64,000 nucleotides of DNA, from assembly GCF_009914755.1 (NCBI RefSeq), contig NC_060934.1; one strand, written 5' to 3'. This DNA is from the human T2T-CHM13v2.0 reference genome, Homo sapiens. Of the stretch, positions 1 through 24,322 are shown in pieces; the stretch's first letter is position 1; every line of letters starts with the position of its first letter. The notes beneath the pieces are model-generated. The model was not told the DNA's origin, ran no database searches, and saw only the letters and a program-made list of their open reading frames with translations. The position numbers and the translations under genes are program-made.

Positions 1-228
1 TATTAGAAAGTTTAAAGCATAAATGAAAGAAAGTAAAGTACACTTGGAAGAGGGCCAACTGGGCGACTTGAGAGATCAAGTGCATGGTCTGACCTTCTGA
101 CTTGGGGTTTTGTATGCTGACATACTTCTGGGGTCTGGCGTTACTTCTCCTGATTCTTCCCTTGGGGTGGGCTGCCAGCATGGACAGTGGCCTGCTCGCA
201 CTTGGGAGGGGAGCGTGCACAGTGTGTT

Positions 229-1075
<847 letters not shown>

Positions 1076-2015
1076 TAATTACTGGAGTTGTGTGCATTCT
1101 TGCTGAGGCGTTCTTCCCTTACCAGCCGAAAGTCCCTAGGAGGTCATATACCAGTTAAACTTCCAAGACCTTGCCTTCGTGTGCATGTGTGAGCCCACTC
1201 AGCCAACTCCTGAGATCTTATCAGAATGCTGATCACCAGTTTCATGTTTTTTCTGTCTTCTGGGAGACTACCTTTCCCTGGCACTGGCTGCAACCAATTA
1301 TTATTTTAGAAAGACAGTTAACAACTGCCTGACCGTCACCTGATGCTTGCCTGACATTCCCGGTTGTGGAGGCTCTCTCCTGCCCTGTTTATGTCTGACT
1401 AGCTACCTACTGTAACAAACTAACTTTATTTTGAACAGAAGGTGTGGAATTTTAAGCCTCAGCACACTCTTGAAAATAACGGAGATTGTGGTGGTGAGCA
1501 ATTAAGAGGAGGCTGGGAGCTCCATGAGAAGAATCCGCTAAACCAAAGACCGGAGAAGTTTATGAGAGAATCAAGGTATGAGACAGCGAGAAGAGCCTTC
1601 TGGGCTGGGAAAAACCTCAAAGACTATTCAGAAAGATTACCTATGCAAAGGATCTCATATTCATTGGATCAGATGGTGGGGCAACTTATGTCCCAGGGCA
1701 CTGTTGAAAAGAATAAAGCAATCAATCTGCAATTAGTGGAGGGTAACAGTGCTCTGTAATGCCAACTGAAGCACACAGTTTAACACAAAGAGCAGGGAAA
1801 GAGACAAAGTGAGCCCTGCGAAAACTAAAACCACTGTAATCCCAGGAGTACTATGCCCATGTCAAAAAAGCTGCTGAGGAGTGACATCTCAGCTGCACAT
1901 GCTGAAGGAATACAGTTTACTAAAATAGTGGAGCCATGACACTAAACAAATAAGCAAACTATCACAACAAGCCTGGGGAGGAGGTGAATTAGCATTCAAG
2001 TTGTTACGATGTATT

Positions 2016-2487
2016 TGTCAGGCCTCTGAGACGAAGCTCAGCCATTATAACCCCTGTGACCTGCACATACACATCCAGATAGCCTGCAGGAGCCAAGAAG
2101 TCTGGAGCAGTCAAAGAAAAACCACAGCCAAAAACCACAGCCAGTTCCTGCCTTAACTGATCAACTAAAATTATAATATTTTACTATTGTGACGTGTCCC
2201 TGCCCTACCTTGGCTGATCAGTCAACTTTGTGACATTCTTCTTCTGGACAATAAGTCTTAGGATCTCTCCACCACGCATCTTGTAACCCCCTCCTCTGCT
2301 AACAATAGATAACCACCTTTTACCGTAATTTGCCATTACCTACCCAACTCCTATAAGGCAACCCCTTCCTTATCTCCCTTTGCTGACTCCCTTTTCGGAC
2401 TCAGCCCACCTGCACCCAGGTGAATTAAAAGCTTTGTTGCTCACACAAAGCCTGCTTGGTGGTCTCTTCACACAGACGCGGTTGACA
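2016..2487 (+). mobile_element. HERV-H solo LTR (LTR7C-like)
   Basis: TGTCAGGCCTCTGAG...TTGACA termini, perfect 5-bp TSD GTATT, and the HERV-H 3' block GACTCAGCCCACCTGCACCCAGGTGA. Confidence 0.85.
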
Positions 2488-2886
2488 GTATTACCTAAAA
2501 TGTCCAGTTTTCAGCCGAAAAAAGAATATGAGATATGCAAAGAAAAAGGAAAATGTGACCCATTGGTAGGGGAGAAAAAGCAGCCAAAAAAGTTAACTTT
2601 GAGAGAGTTTAGCTGCCAGACTTAGCAGGCAAAAACTTTAAAGCAGCCAATAAAAATATGTTCAAAGAATTAAAAGAAAGGAAAACATGCTTAAAAATGT
2701 AAAGGGAGATATGGTCGCCATGTTTCATCAAATAGAGAATATCAATAGAGGGAAATTTTTAAAAAAGGATATCAAGATGTTGAAAGTACAATTCTTAAAA
2801 ATTCCACTAGAGGGGCTCAACCAGAGTTAAGCCTACAGAAAAAAATGAGCATACTTGAAGACAGATGAATATAGATTATGTAATCT

Positions 2887-3542
2887 TGTAACTGAGTGCT
2901 TGCATTTTTCTAAGAAAAAAGGAATGAATTGCTATTTTAAAAATTATTTTCTGTTCTCTTCTCCCCTTTCCCTATTCCCCGTTTGTTTCCTACTTAGCCC
3001 TTCAGAAATGCAAATTTAATCTTTTACACACTTTCCCCTCACCAGACATACCCTGCAGGGCAAGTTCTTCTAACTAAGCCTCCAAGACAGATCTCTCCTA
3101 GAGAACTGACAGTCAATTTGCAGACCAAACCATACTGGCCAGCGAACTTTCACCTCCAGGGGGTGGTCTTGAAATTTCCACCCTCTAGGTGTTGCCACTC
3201 TTGTGGGGAGTAGGGGGCACTTTCATCCACCAGGAGGACATATCGAAATCATGCCTGCTTGGCCACTTTTACAACTTATTCCTGCCCAGGAAGGTGCCAA
3301 TTAAACTGTGTTAGATTAGGCACCAGCTAGCAGTGGGAGCCCTGCCCTCGTTCACTTCCCCCCTTACCTTATAAAAGTTTCCGCTTTCTGCTCCAAAGGT
3401 GAAGCAGCACATATAAACGCAGGATGCTGTATGCCTCATTCCCTAAGCTAGCTTTGGAAGAAACCATTTTCCTTGTACCAGACCTTATTCTTGTTAATCA
3501 GACTCTAAATGTGGCATGCAGCTAATCAGGTTTTTGGTTACA
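2887..3542 (+). mobile_element. ERV1 (MER4-group) solo LTR, subfamily uncertain
   Basis: TG...CA termini with a 4-bp TSD ATCT; TATAAAA near 3370. Confidence 0.6.
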
Positions 3543-4079
3543 ATCTGAAGGTCAGAGAGATACAAAAATGAAGACAAATGACCACAAACTTCAGAGAAAC
3601 TTGTGACATTATTAAGACAACTTAGGCATTATTAACACAACTTAGGTAGTCCCAAAAGGAAAGCAAGAAAAAAAGGTAATATTCAAAAAATTATGGCTGA
3701 AAATGACCCACATTTGATGAAAAGCAATGTACACATCCAAAAAGAACAACTAGCTCTGAGGTGGACAAATGCAAAAAGATCCACAACCAGATACATCATC
3801 GTAAAAATGTTGAAAGTCAAAAGCAAAGAGAAAATGTTAAAGGAAGCAAGAGAAAAACAACTTGCCATGTACTAGGGAACTATAAAAGATTAGCAGTTGA
3901 TTGTTAATTAGGAACAATGGAGCCCCAAAGATGGTAACATGACATATTCAGAGTACAGAAAGAAAAAAAAAAACCCATCAACCAAGAATTTAATACTCAG
4001 TAAAACTATCTCTCAAAAATAAAGACCTATTTCAAATAGATCTTTCAAAAATAGAGACCTATTAAAAAAAAAAAAGAGA

Positions 4080-5000
4080 GAGAAGGACCTAACAGACATA
4101 CAAATAGCCAACAAGTTTATGAAAGAATGCCCAATATCGCTAATCATCAGGAAAATGCAAATCAAAACAACGAGATGTCACCTCACCCCAGTTAAAATGG
4201 CCATCATTAAAAACACACACACAAAAAATAATATATGCTGGCAAGGATGCAGAGAAAACCAAACTCTTTTACATTGTTGGTAGGAATGTAAATTAGTACA
4301 GCCATTATGTAAAATGGTATGGAGGTTCTTCAAAAGTAAATAGAACTACCAAATTACCCAGCAATCCTACTACTGGGTATATAGACAAAGGAATTGAAAT
4401 CAGCAGGTCAAAGAGATATCTGCACTCTCATTTCACTGCAGCATTATTCCCAACAGTCAAGATATGGAATCCATCAAGAAACGAATGAATAAAGAAAATG
4501 TGGTACATACACACGATGGAATACCATTCAGCCTTTAAAACAAAAAGAAATTATGTTGTTTGCAACAAAATAGATGAACCTGGAAGACATCATATTATGC
4601 TAAGTGAAATAAGCCAGGCAGTGAAGGACAAATATTACACGATCTCACTTAAGTGGGGAATCTAAAAAAGTCAAACTCATAGAAAGAATAGTGGTTACCA
4701 GAGGCTGGGGGAGGAGGGAGGACCAAGGAATGGGAGACACTGTTCAAAGGGTACAAAGTTTCAGATGGACGGGAGTAAGTTTTTGAGATCTACTGCACAG
4801 CATGGTGACTATACTAATGTATTTTGTGTTTCAAAGCTGCTATGAGAGTAAATTTCAAATTACCACAAGACAAGGATAAGTACAGTGATGGATATGTTAA
4901 TTAGCTTGTTTTAATCATTCCACATTGTATACAAAATTATATACATGTCAAAACATCACACTGTATGCCACAAATATATGATCTGTCAATTAAAAATAAG
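4080..5000 (+). mobile_element. L1MA-type 3' end
   Basis: ORF2 3'-end and 3' UTR motifs (ATGCAAATCAAAAC, GCTAAGTGAAATAAGCCAGGCA, GGATATGTTAATTAGCTTG). Confidence 0.8.
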
Positions 5001-5018
5001 AAAATCAAAATAGCTCAC

Positions 5019-5163
5019 CTTCTGTGTCCTCCACCATATCAAGTTTAACCGCCTTTGTTCCATCAAAACAAAATGCCCTGATGGAATTCAGCCCTAACAA
5101 TAAGGCATTCTGTTTGATTTTTTCTACTTTGTTGAAGATTTTATCCAGTGCTATAACTTCTCC
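5019..5163 (-). CDS. NSUN6: NSUN6 coding exon (probably exon 8), GEVIALDKIFNKVEKIKQNALLLGLNSIRAFCFDGTKAVKLDMVEDTE(G)
   Basis: 145 nt. Acceptor TTTTTAG| and donor G|GTGAGC. Continues the methyltransferase domain in frame from the previous exon. Confidence 0.95.
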
Positions 5164-5318
5164 CTAAAAAGAAACAAAACACACACATGCAGAAAAAAAA
5201 AAAGAAAATTATAAATCCAAAGCAGTCATAAAAATAATGAGAAAAACATGAAAAATTATGGTCTTTTCCACCATACTCCCATCCCTAATTTAAAACCTCT
5301 ATCCATTAACCAAATGTA

Positions 5319-6085
5319 TGTGTCTGGAATTTATTCCTTCTGGTGGGTTCTTGGTCTCGCTGACCTCAAGAATGAAGCCGCAGACCCTTGCGATGAGTGT
5401 TACAGTTCTTAAAGACGTTGTGTCCGGAGCTTGTTCCTTCAGATGTTCAGATGTGTCTGGAGTTTCTTCCTTCCGGTGGGTTCATGGTCTCCCTGACTTC
5501 AGGAGTGAAGCCGCAGACCTTCGCAGTGAGTGTTACACCTCTTAAAGGTGGCGCGTCTGCAGTTGTTTGTTCCTCCGGGTGGGTTCGTGGTCTTGCTGAC
5601 TTGGGGAGTGAAGCGGCAGACCTTCGCAGTGAGTGTTATAGCTGTTCAAGGTGGTGCGTCCAGAGTTGTTTGTTCCTCCCAGTGGGTTCGTGGTCTCGCT
5701 GACTTCAGGAGTGAAGCCGCAGACCTTCGTAGTGAGTGTTACAGCTCACAAAGGTAGTGCAGACCCAAAGAGTCAGCGGCAGCAAGATTTATTGTGAAGA
5801 ACGAAAGAACAAAGTTTCCACTATGTGGAAGGGGACCCTAGCGGCTTGCAGCTACTGGCTCTGGTGGCCAGCTTTTATTCCCTTATTTGGCCCCGCCCAC
5901 ATCCTGCCTATTGGTCCATTTTACAGAGCGCTGATTGGTCCATTTTACACAGTGCTGATTGGTGCATTTACAATCCTTTAGCTAGACACAGAGCACTGAT
6001 TGGTGCGTTTACAATCCTCTAGCTCGACAGAAAGGTTCTCCAAGTCCCCACTCGACCCAGGAAGTCCAGTTGGCTTCACCTCTCA
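5319..6085 (-). mobile_element. ERV9 solo LTR (LTR12/LTR12F-like), same sense as NSUN6
   Basis: Minus-strand start TGAGAGGTGAAGCCAACTGGACTTCCTGGGTCGAG, 4-bp TSD TGTA, four CCAAT boxes, and tandem U5 repeats containing GAAGCCGCAGACC. Confidence 0.9.
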
Positions 6086-6558
6086 TGTATATCCAATTCA
6101 CATTAAATACTTATGGCTTTCCATTAAGAAAATACACATTCTTGCCAGAAAAATAATCTTATAATAACTAGCTACTTTTAATCAACAAAACTCAACACCA
6201 AAAGTATTTGCAATCTTCGAAAGACACTTAAAAACATCCACTGGAGGCAAACATTAAAAATCACCAATTTGATGTGCCTTGCTCACCTCTGGAAGAACAT
6301 GAGCTAATGCTATTAGACGGCGGCCTTAAAGTGCTTTGAGATGCAAATGAATGTTACTTGTATGACTGGTCATTTTAATATTTCCCAGCTAGCCACATAT
6401 AATTCCTGTGAACCCTGGCAACCAAAACTGGAAAAATATAAGCCAAAACCTCTGTATAGCATAGCAAAATATTTTGGTATGGTATAAAACGCAGTTCAAG
6501 AAAATTTTATATAGTAACACTTTAAGTCAAAGTCAATAAAGATAAGAGGTCAAAATTT

Positions 6559-12960
<6,402 letters not shown>

Positions 12961-12987
12961 GGGCCAAAATTTTAAGAATGCATCGTG

Positions 12988-13763
<776 letters not shown>

Positions 13764-13819
13764 AATTGTGGCTCAAATATTTCTATTCCGGTTGTTCGTG
13801 TCTGCATTGCTGCCCCACT

Positions 13820-14370
13820 GTGGCTGACTGCCTACATAGCCTCAATTCTTCAACTTTCCATGTATATTCACTCTTCACCAGATAATCCTGCAATATCCAA
13901 TATGCTGTCACTCTGATGGGATTCAGTCATGTGATTTGTTTTGGCCAATAAATAGGGTGACAGTAGATGTCATGTAAGCAGAGGTTTTTTTTAATACCAT
14001 CAAAAGCACCTGAACAGTTGGACTTGCTCTGCTTTGCTCTCTGCCATCACCAGCCCCCAACTACTGCCCTCTGCTGGGCCAGTCTGCTGGTCCCAATCAG
14101 GGGAGAACTTACACATCGGCCAGAGGCAGGGCATCCCTGTCATCTCAGCTGAGGCCACTTTAGATGAGCCAACAACCATCCAAGACCAAGTGAATGGGCC
14201 CACCCAAGATCATCAGAAACACCCAATTCACCTGCAGGTGACCAGTACATGAGTGAGCCCAGCAGGGATCAGCTGAATCCCATGGACTCCTGAGCCCCCA
14301 AAATGTTTAGTTGTATGCCGCCAAAATTTTGTGTCTTCACACATCATAAAACCAACAGAAAACTGATACA
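13820..14370 (+). mobile_element. MaLR LTR (MLT1-type)
   Basis: CATGTGATTTGTTTTGGCCAAT internal motif and ...AACTGATACA end. Confidence 0.6.
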
Positions 14371-15279
14371 CCCATAATATCCAGACTCCCTTTGGAAAGA
14401 CATTTTTACTAAGAGAGAACCAAATCTCTATGAATAATTACCTTTAAGCAAATACGATAAATATGCCATAATTTAATGGAGAATTAACACTTTCTCAAAG
14501 CCGATCATGATCAATCTTTAATCTTCCATATAAAGTGAAAAATGATTTGCATTAAACATCACAACGCCACAAAATCAACTCTTCTTATTTCAGGTGCTTT
14601 ATTTTAGGCCCTAGTTGTATTTAATGCATTTTTCCTTCAAGAGTTTTTGTTACCACCTTAAATTCTTTTGGGGCAAAGAAGAGTACAAATAAGCAGGCAA
14701 GTATATCCTCTCTAATGAGTATTACATTCCTCAAAATGTAAACAACAAATATCCTTTTCTCTTTTTTGATTCTCATTCTCAGTATTTAAAAAATATCCTT
14801 TTTTATTGGAGATCTTTCTTAGACCAAAATGATAACTTCAAATAGTAAATATTCTATATGTATGTGTATATGTTTATGTATTATACAACTATGTTTATAT
14901 ATTTTAACATATACATATTTCACACTTTGATAATATACTGTGAAATTAGTTTTTAATGGCAGAATATATTTTAATAGTTTAAACAACTATGAAATCTTAT
15001 AAGAAAATGAAATAATCTAAATGTATTAAATTTAATTTCTTAACAGATTAAGTCTATAATCATATAAGCAAATTGTAAAATTCAAGACGGTCTTGAGACA
15101 GTCTTCATAAATGATCATTGTCTACTGAGCTTAATATGTAGTGACTGACATAACTGAATAGTTTTCATTTTGGCTGAATCTGAACTAAATGAGACTGTGA
15201 ATGGCTCTATGTTTCAGAAATTACACATTGTGAAATATACACTACTTTGAGAGTGGATTTGCTGTGAAGACAGTCTCAC

Positions 15280-15399
15280 CTGATCATGCATTAGTGCTGC
15301 AATGTGTGTTGTTTTCCCTCCAGGTGCTGCACACAAGTCTAGAATCTTCTCTCCAGGTTGAGGATTTAGTACATGACTTACTAAGGCAGATGGCAAATT
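15280..15399 (-). CDS. NSUN6: NSUN6 coding exon (probably exon 7), SAM-binding motif [41 protein letters not shown]
   Basis: 120 nt, phase 0-0. [10 protein letters not shown] is the NOL1/NOP2/Sun family motif I. Acceptor TTATAG| and donor CAG|GTGAGA. Confidence 0.97.
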
Positions 15400-16535
15400 C
15401 TATAAGGAAAAAAATGTAATCGATTATCAATAATCCTAAAGCATTTTTAATTTGAGAACCAGAGAATATAAAGAACCCTTTGGGGGTAATCCACTACAGC
15501 ATCCTCACGTCTGCTAAGAGGACAATTTTTATAAATATACTCAGGTTAGGAAATTCACAATTTCCTAGAATATCCTACGATCTCCCAGGACTTACACACA
15601 AACCACCTGCGCAAAAATATACATGACACAATTTTCAAGTCAACTGAACTCAATTGCCTTATCAGTATTTTCTGGGTACCAGCAAAAAATAAATAAATAA
15701 ATAACCCATATTATTTCCTTTTCTGAATCCCAATGGTTCTCAATATTCTGGAAGCCAGAGACCTCTAAAATTGCAGGACCACTCTGGACTTTTTTCCCAA
15801 AAAATGTACAAAATTTTGGTCTCAGCGGTCACTACTCAGCATTTTAGTACAAAAGCATGCCATTTTCATATAGACATATCATCTGAGAGTACTTCAATCT
15901 CAGCATTGTTCACTTTAATAATTTAAACTCCACTTGGGAACACATAAATATTAAATAATTGGTTTCTTCCAGTTAACCAAGAATATAACTTTGCCATTTT
16001 GGCCGCCTCATCATCTAACTCTCATTTAACATGCCTTGTTTTATGCTGCTAAATCACCCAAAAGGCATGTTTGGGTCCCTGCTTCCACCACATTTCAACA
16101 GGAAATGAACTAAAATGCAAAAACAAACAAACAAACAACGACAACAACAAAAAACCTCAAACCCTGGCTGTTTCTGACTGGGACCTAAATATATATTATG
16201 AGGTTATACAACCAAAACATACCTCATCTATAGCAGTAAGTCATATTAAATCATTAATTTGTTATTAGTATCAATTATATAAGGACTACTTACTATAGAA
16301 TGATAGCCTTGAATAAAACAGATAGAACAGTATCATAAAATAACTCATTTCTAAAATTATTTGGCAAGAAAAACAGAGTCTTATAAGCATGGAGTTACTT
16401 GTTCGGTTATTTTGGAGACAGAGTCTCATTATTTTGCTTAAGCTGGGTTCAAATTTGGGATCCTCACAATTGTGCCTCTTAAAGCTTAAAGGTTTCAATT
16501 CATTCCTACCAAAAGACTGAACAATACATCCACTA

Positions 16536-16902
<367 letters not shown>

Positions 16903-17036
16903 TCAAGGGAATCTAAGATCACCACTTTGAAACAAACTCAGTGGTGAGAAAGCAGTTTCAAACAAGCAAATTTCTTCCTCTGAATATATGAAGCATTAAA
17001 ATCAATGCAAACAATTTAGGCACCCAAAGAGCTAAG

Positions 17037-17464
17037 TGTCAGGCCTCTGAGCCCAAGCTAAGCCATAATATCCCCTGTGACCCGAATGTATACATCCAGA
17101 TGGCCTGAAGCAACTGAAGATCCACAAAAGAAGTGAAATTAGCTTTAACTGATGACATTCCACCATTGTGATTTGTTTCTGCCCCACTCTCATCAATGTA
17201 CCTTGTAATCTCCCCCACCCTTAAGAAGGTTCTTTGTAATTCTCCCCATCCTTGAGAATGTACTTTGTGAGATCCACCCCTGCCCGCAAAACATTGCTCC
17301 TAACTCCACCGCCTATCCCAAAACCTGTAAGAACTAATGATAATCCCATCACCCTTTGCTGACTCTCTTTTCAGACTCAGCCCGCCTGCACCCAGGTGAA
17401 ATAAACAGCCTTGCTGCTCACACAAAGCCTGTTTGGTGGTCTCTTCACATGGACACGTGAGACA
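17037..17464 (+). mobile_element. HERV-H solo LTR7
   Basis: TGTCAGGCCTCTGAGCCCAAGCTAAGCC...GTGAGACA; TSD CTAAG/CTAAA; AATAAA at 17400. Confidence 0.92.
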
Positions 17465-17588
17465 CTAAACACTAAAAATAGCTTAACCTACTATAGTTTA
17501 TCCAGCAAGCTCTACTTATTTATTTTTATTTTTGAGACAGGATCTGGCTCTGTTACCCAGGCTGTCCGGGTCTCAGACTGTCACCTAG

Positions 17589-17774
<186 letters not shown>

Positions 17775-18312
17775 TGAGCTGCCCACGTAGGCCTCCCAAA
17801 GTGTTGGGATTACAGGAGTGAGCCAGTATACCTGGCAGCAAGTTTTATTTAGTACAAAAATATTTAAATTGAACTCCAAGATGAAAACACTAATACACGT
17901 TTAAAGCGGCTAAAGATTTGGTGATTCTTTATCTAGAGACAGCTGGCTATGCTTCACTCCTAAAAATGATAACATTAATGGATTGGCCAAAGATTATGTA
18001 AGTTTCCATTCAAACATAAGAAATACATTAAGAACTTTCTGATTTGTAATAAGTGAAAAAATATAAAACAGCCCATGTGACGAGGCTTAATTAAATATTC
18101 AAATAGCAGGCTTATTTTTTATTTTTGGAGATAGAGTCTTGCTCTGTCACACAGGCTGCAGTGCAGTGGTGCAATCAAAGCTCACTGCCACCTTGAACTC
18201 TTGGGCTCAAGAAATCCTCCCACATCAGCCTCCAAATGAGCTAGGACTACAGGCGTGTGCCACCACACCTGGCTAATCTTTAAAATTTCTTGTAGAGATG
18301 GGGTAGCACTAT

Positions 18313-18343
18313 ATCACTTCTTGGACTTCTGGCTAAGATCAAG
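18313..18343 (+). pseudogene. Tailless U2 snRNA 5' fragment (nt ~1-31) inserted in an AluJ (-, 18114-18462)
   Basis: ATCACTTCTTGGACTTCTGGCTAAGATCAAG versus U2 ATCGCTTCTCGGCCTTTTGGCTAAGATCAAG; 18-bp TSD at 18295-18312 and 18348-18365. Confidence 0.85.
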
Positions 18344-19414
18344 CATTGAGATGGGGTTGCAGTATGTTGCCTAGGCTAGTCTCAAACTTCTGGGCTCAAG
18401 TTATCCTCCTGCCTTGGCCTCCCAAAGTGCTGGGATTACAGCTGTGAGCCACTGTGCCCGGTGACAGAGTTTTCTTAAAATAATTTACAACTTTCCTTTA
18501 TAATATTCCTTTACACTGGTTATGCAGTATAATCACCGGGTAAGCTTAGGAAGAAAAGTCTGGGCCTTATCTAGTAAAATCAAGTCAGAATTTCCAACAC
18601 TGGAGCATCAGTGGTTTCAAAATCACCCTAGGTGATTCTAGTGGGCATGGAGCCATGCGCCACTGCTGGACTACACTGATTACCACATAGCTGCACATTA
18701 GAATCACCTATGAAAGCTTTCAAACATCTGACCCAGGCTCTAACCCAGACAAAGGAAGGCCGCCATAGGTGGTAGGGCCAGGCAGGAGTATTTATTGAAT
18801 GCTCCCTAGATTGTCCAACCTCTTTAAATTGTTTACAAGAAATGAGGCAATTAAAAAATTCAGTTTCAGGCACCATTTTTTTCTTCCAGTGAACCAAGAA
18901 TATAACTTTGAAAACAGTTGCTGTATTTAACTGTCAACCCTTTATTAGACAATTAGTTCAACTGAAGGGCATCTAATACTTCTTAATTCTGTGGATTGTG
19001 TTTAAGCAATTTAAAAGTTTCCTTTTTGATTTTGGAAAACCAAATAATATAGTACAGTTGTAATTTTAATGACTGTGTACAACACTTCTATTAACTTTAC
19101 AAAGTATCTTTGGGTAATGTAAGATGCTAAAATTAAAAATTATCCCTTATCACTAGCCCCTCACAATACACCCCACTTACCACTAAAAAGCCCCCATCAC
19201 AATGTGAAGCTTTTGTATTGGCTGTTGGAAGCCACAGGGGGTATTGGCTTGGGGGGATAACAGTTTTCCAGGAAGAGGCAAGAGTCATCAAAAACCAAAG
19301 CAAAACGAAAAAAAAACCCCACAAATTTCCCAAATATTTTTGCACAAGAAAGCATGTAATTATGTCCTCCTGTCCTGTACAATAATTTCAGTAATCACAT
19401 AGAATGAAAAAAGA

Positions 19415-24322
<4,908 letters not shown>

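Larger units (their letters stand above)
1420..4040 (+). mobile_element. Ancient L1M 5'/ORF1 remnant, interrupted by two LTRs
   Basis: ORF 3693..3875 (RYIIVKMLKVKSKEKMLKEAREK) resembles L1 ORF1p; ACCAAGAATTTAATACTCAG is typical of the ORF1 3' part. Confidence 0.7.

Noticed and set aside
5319-5760. Regular repeats resembling a CRISPR-like or novel array
   Set aside because: These are the ordinary tandem U5 repeats of an ERV9 LTR12, with no unique spacers, in primate intronic DNA.
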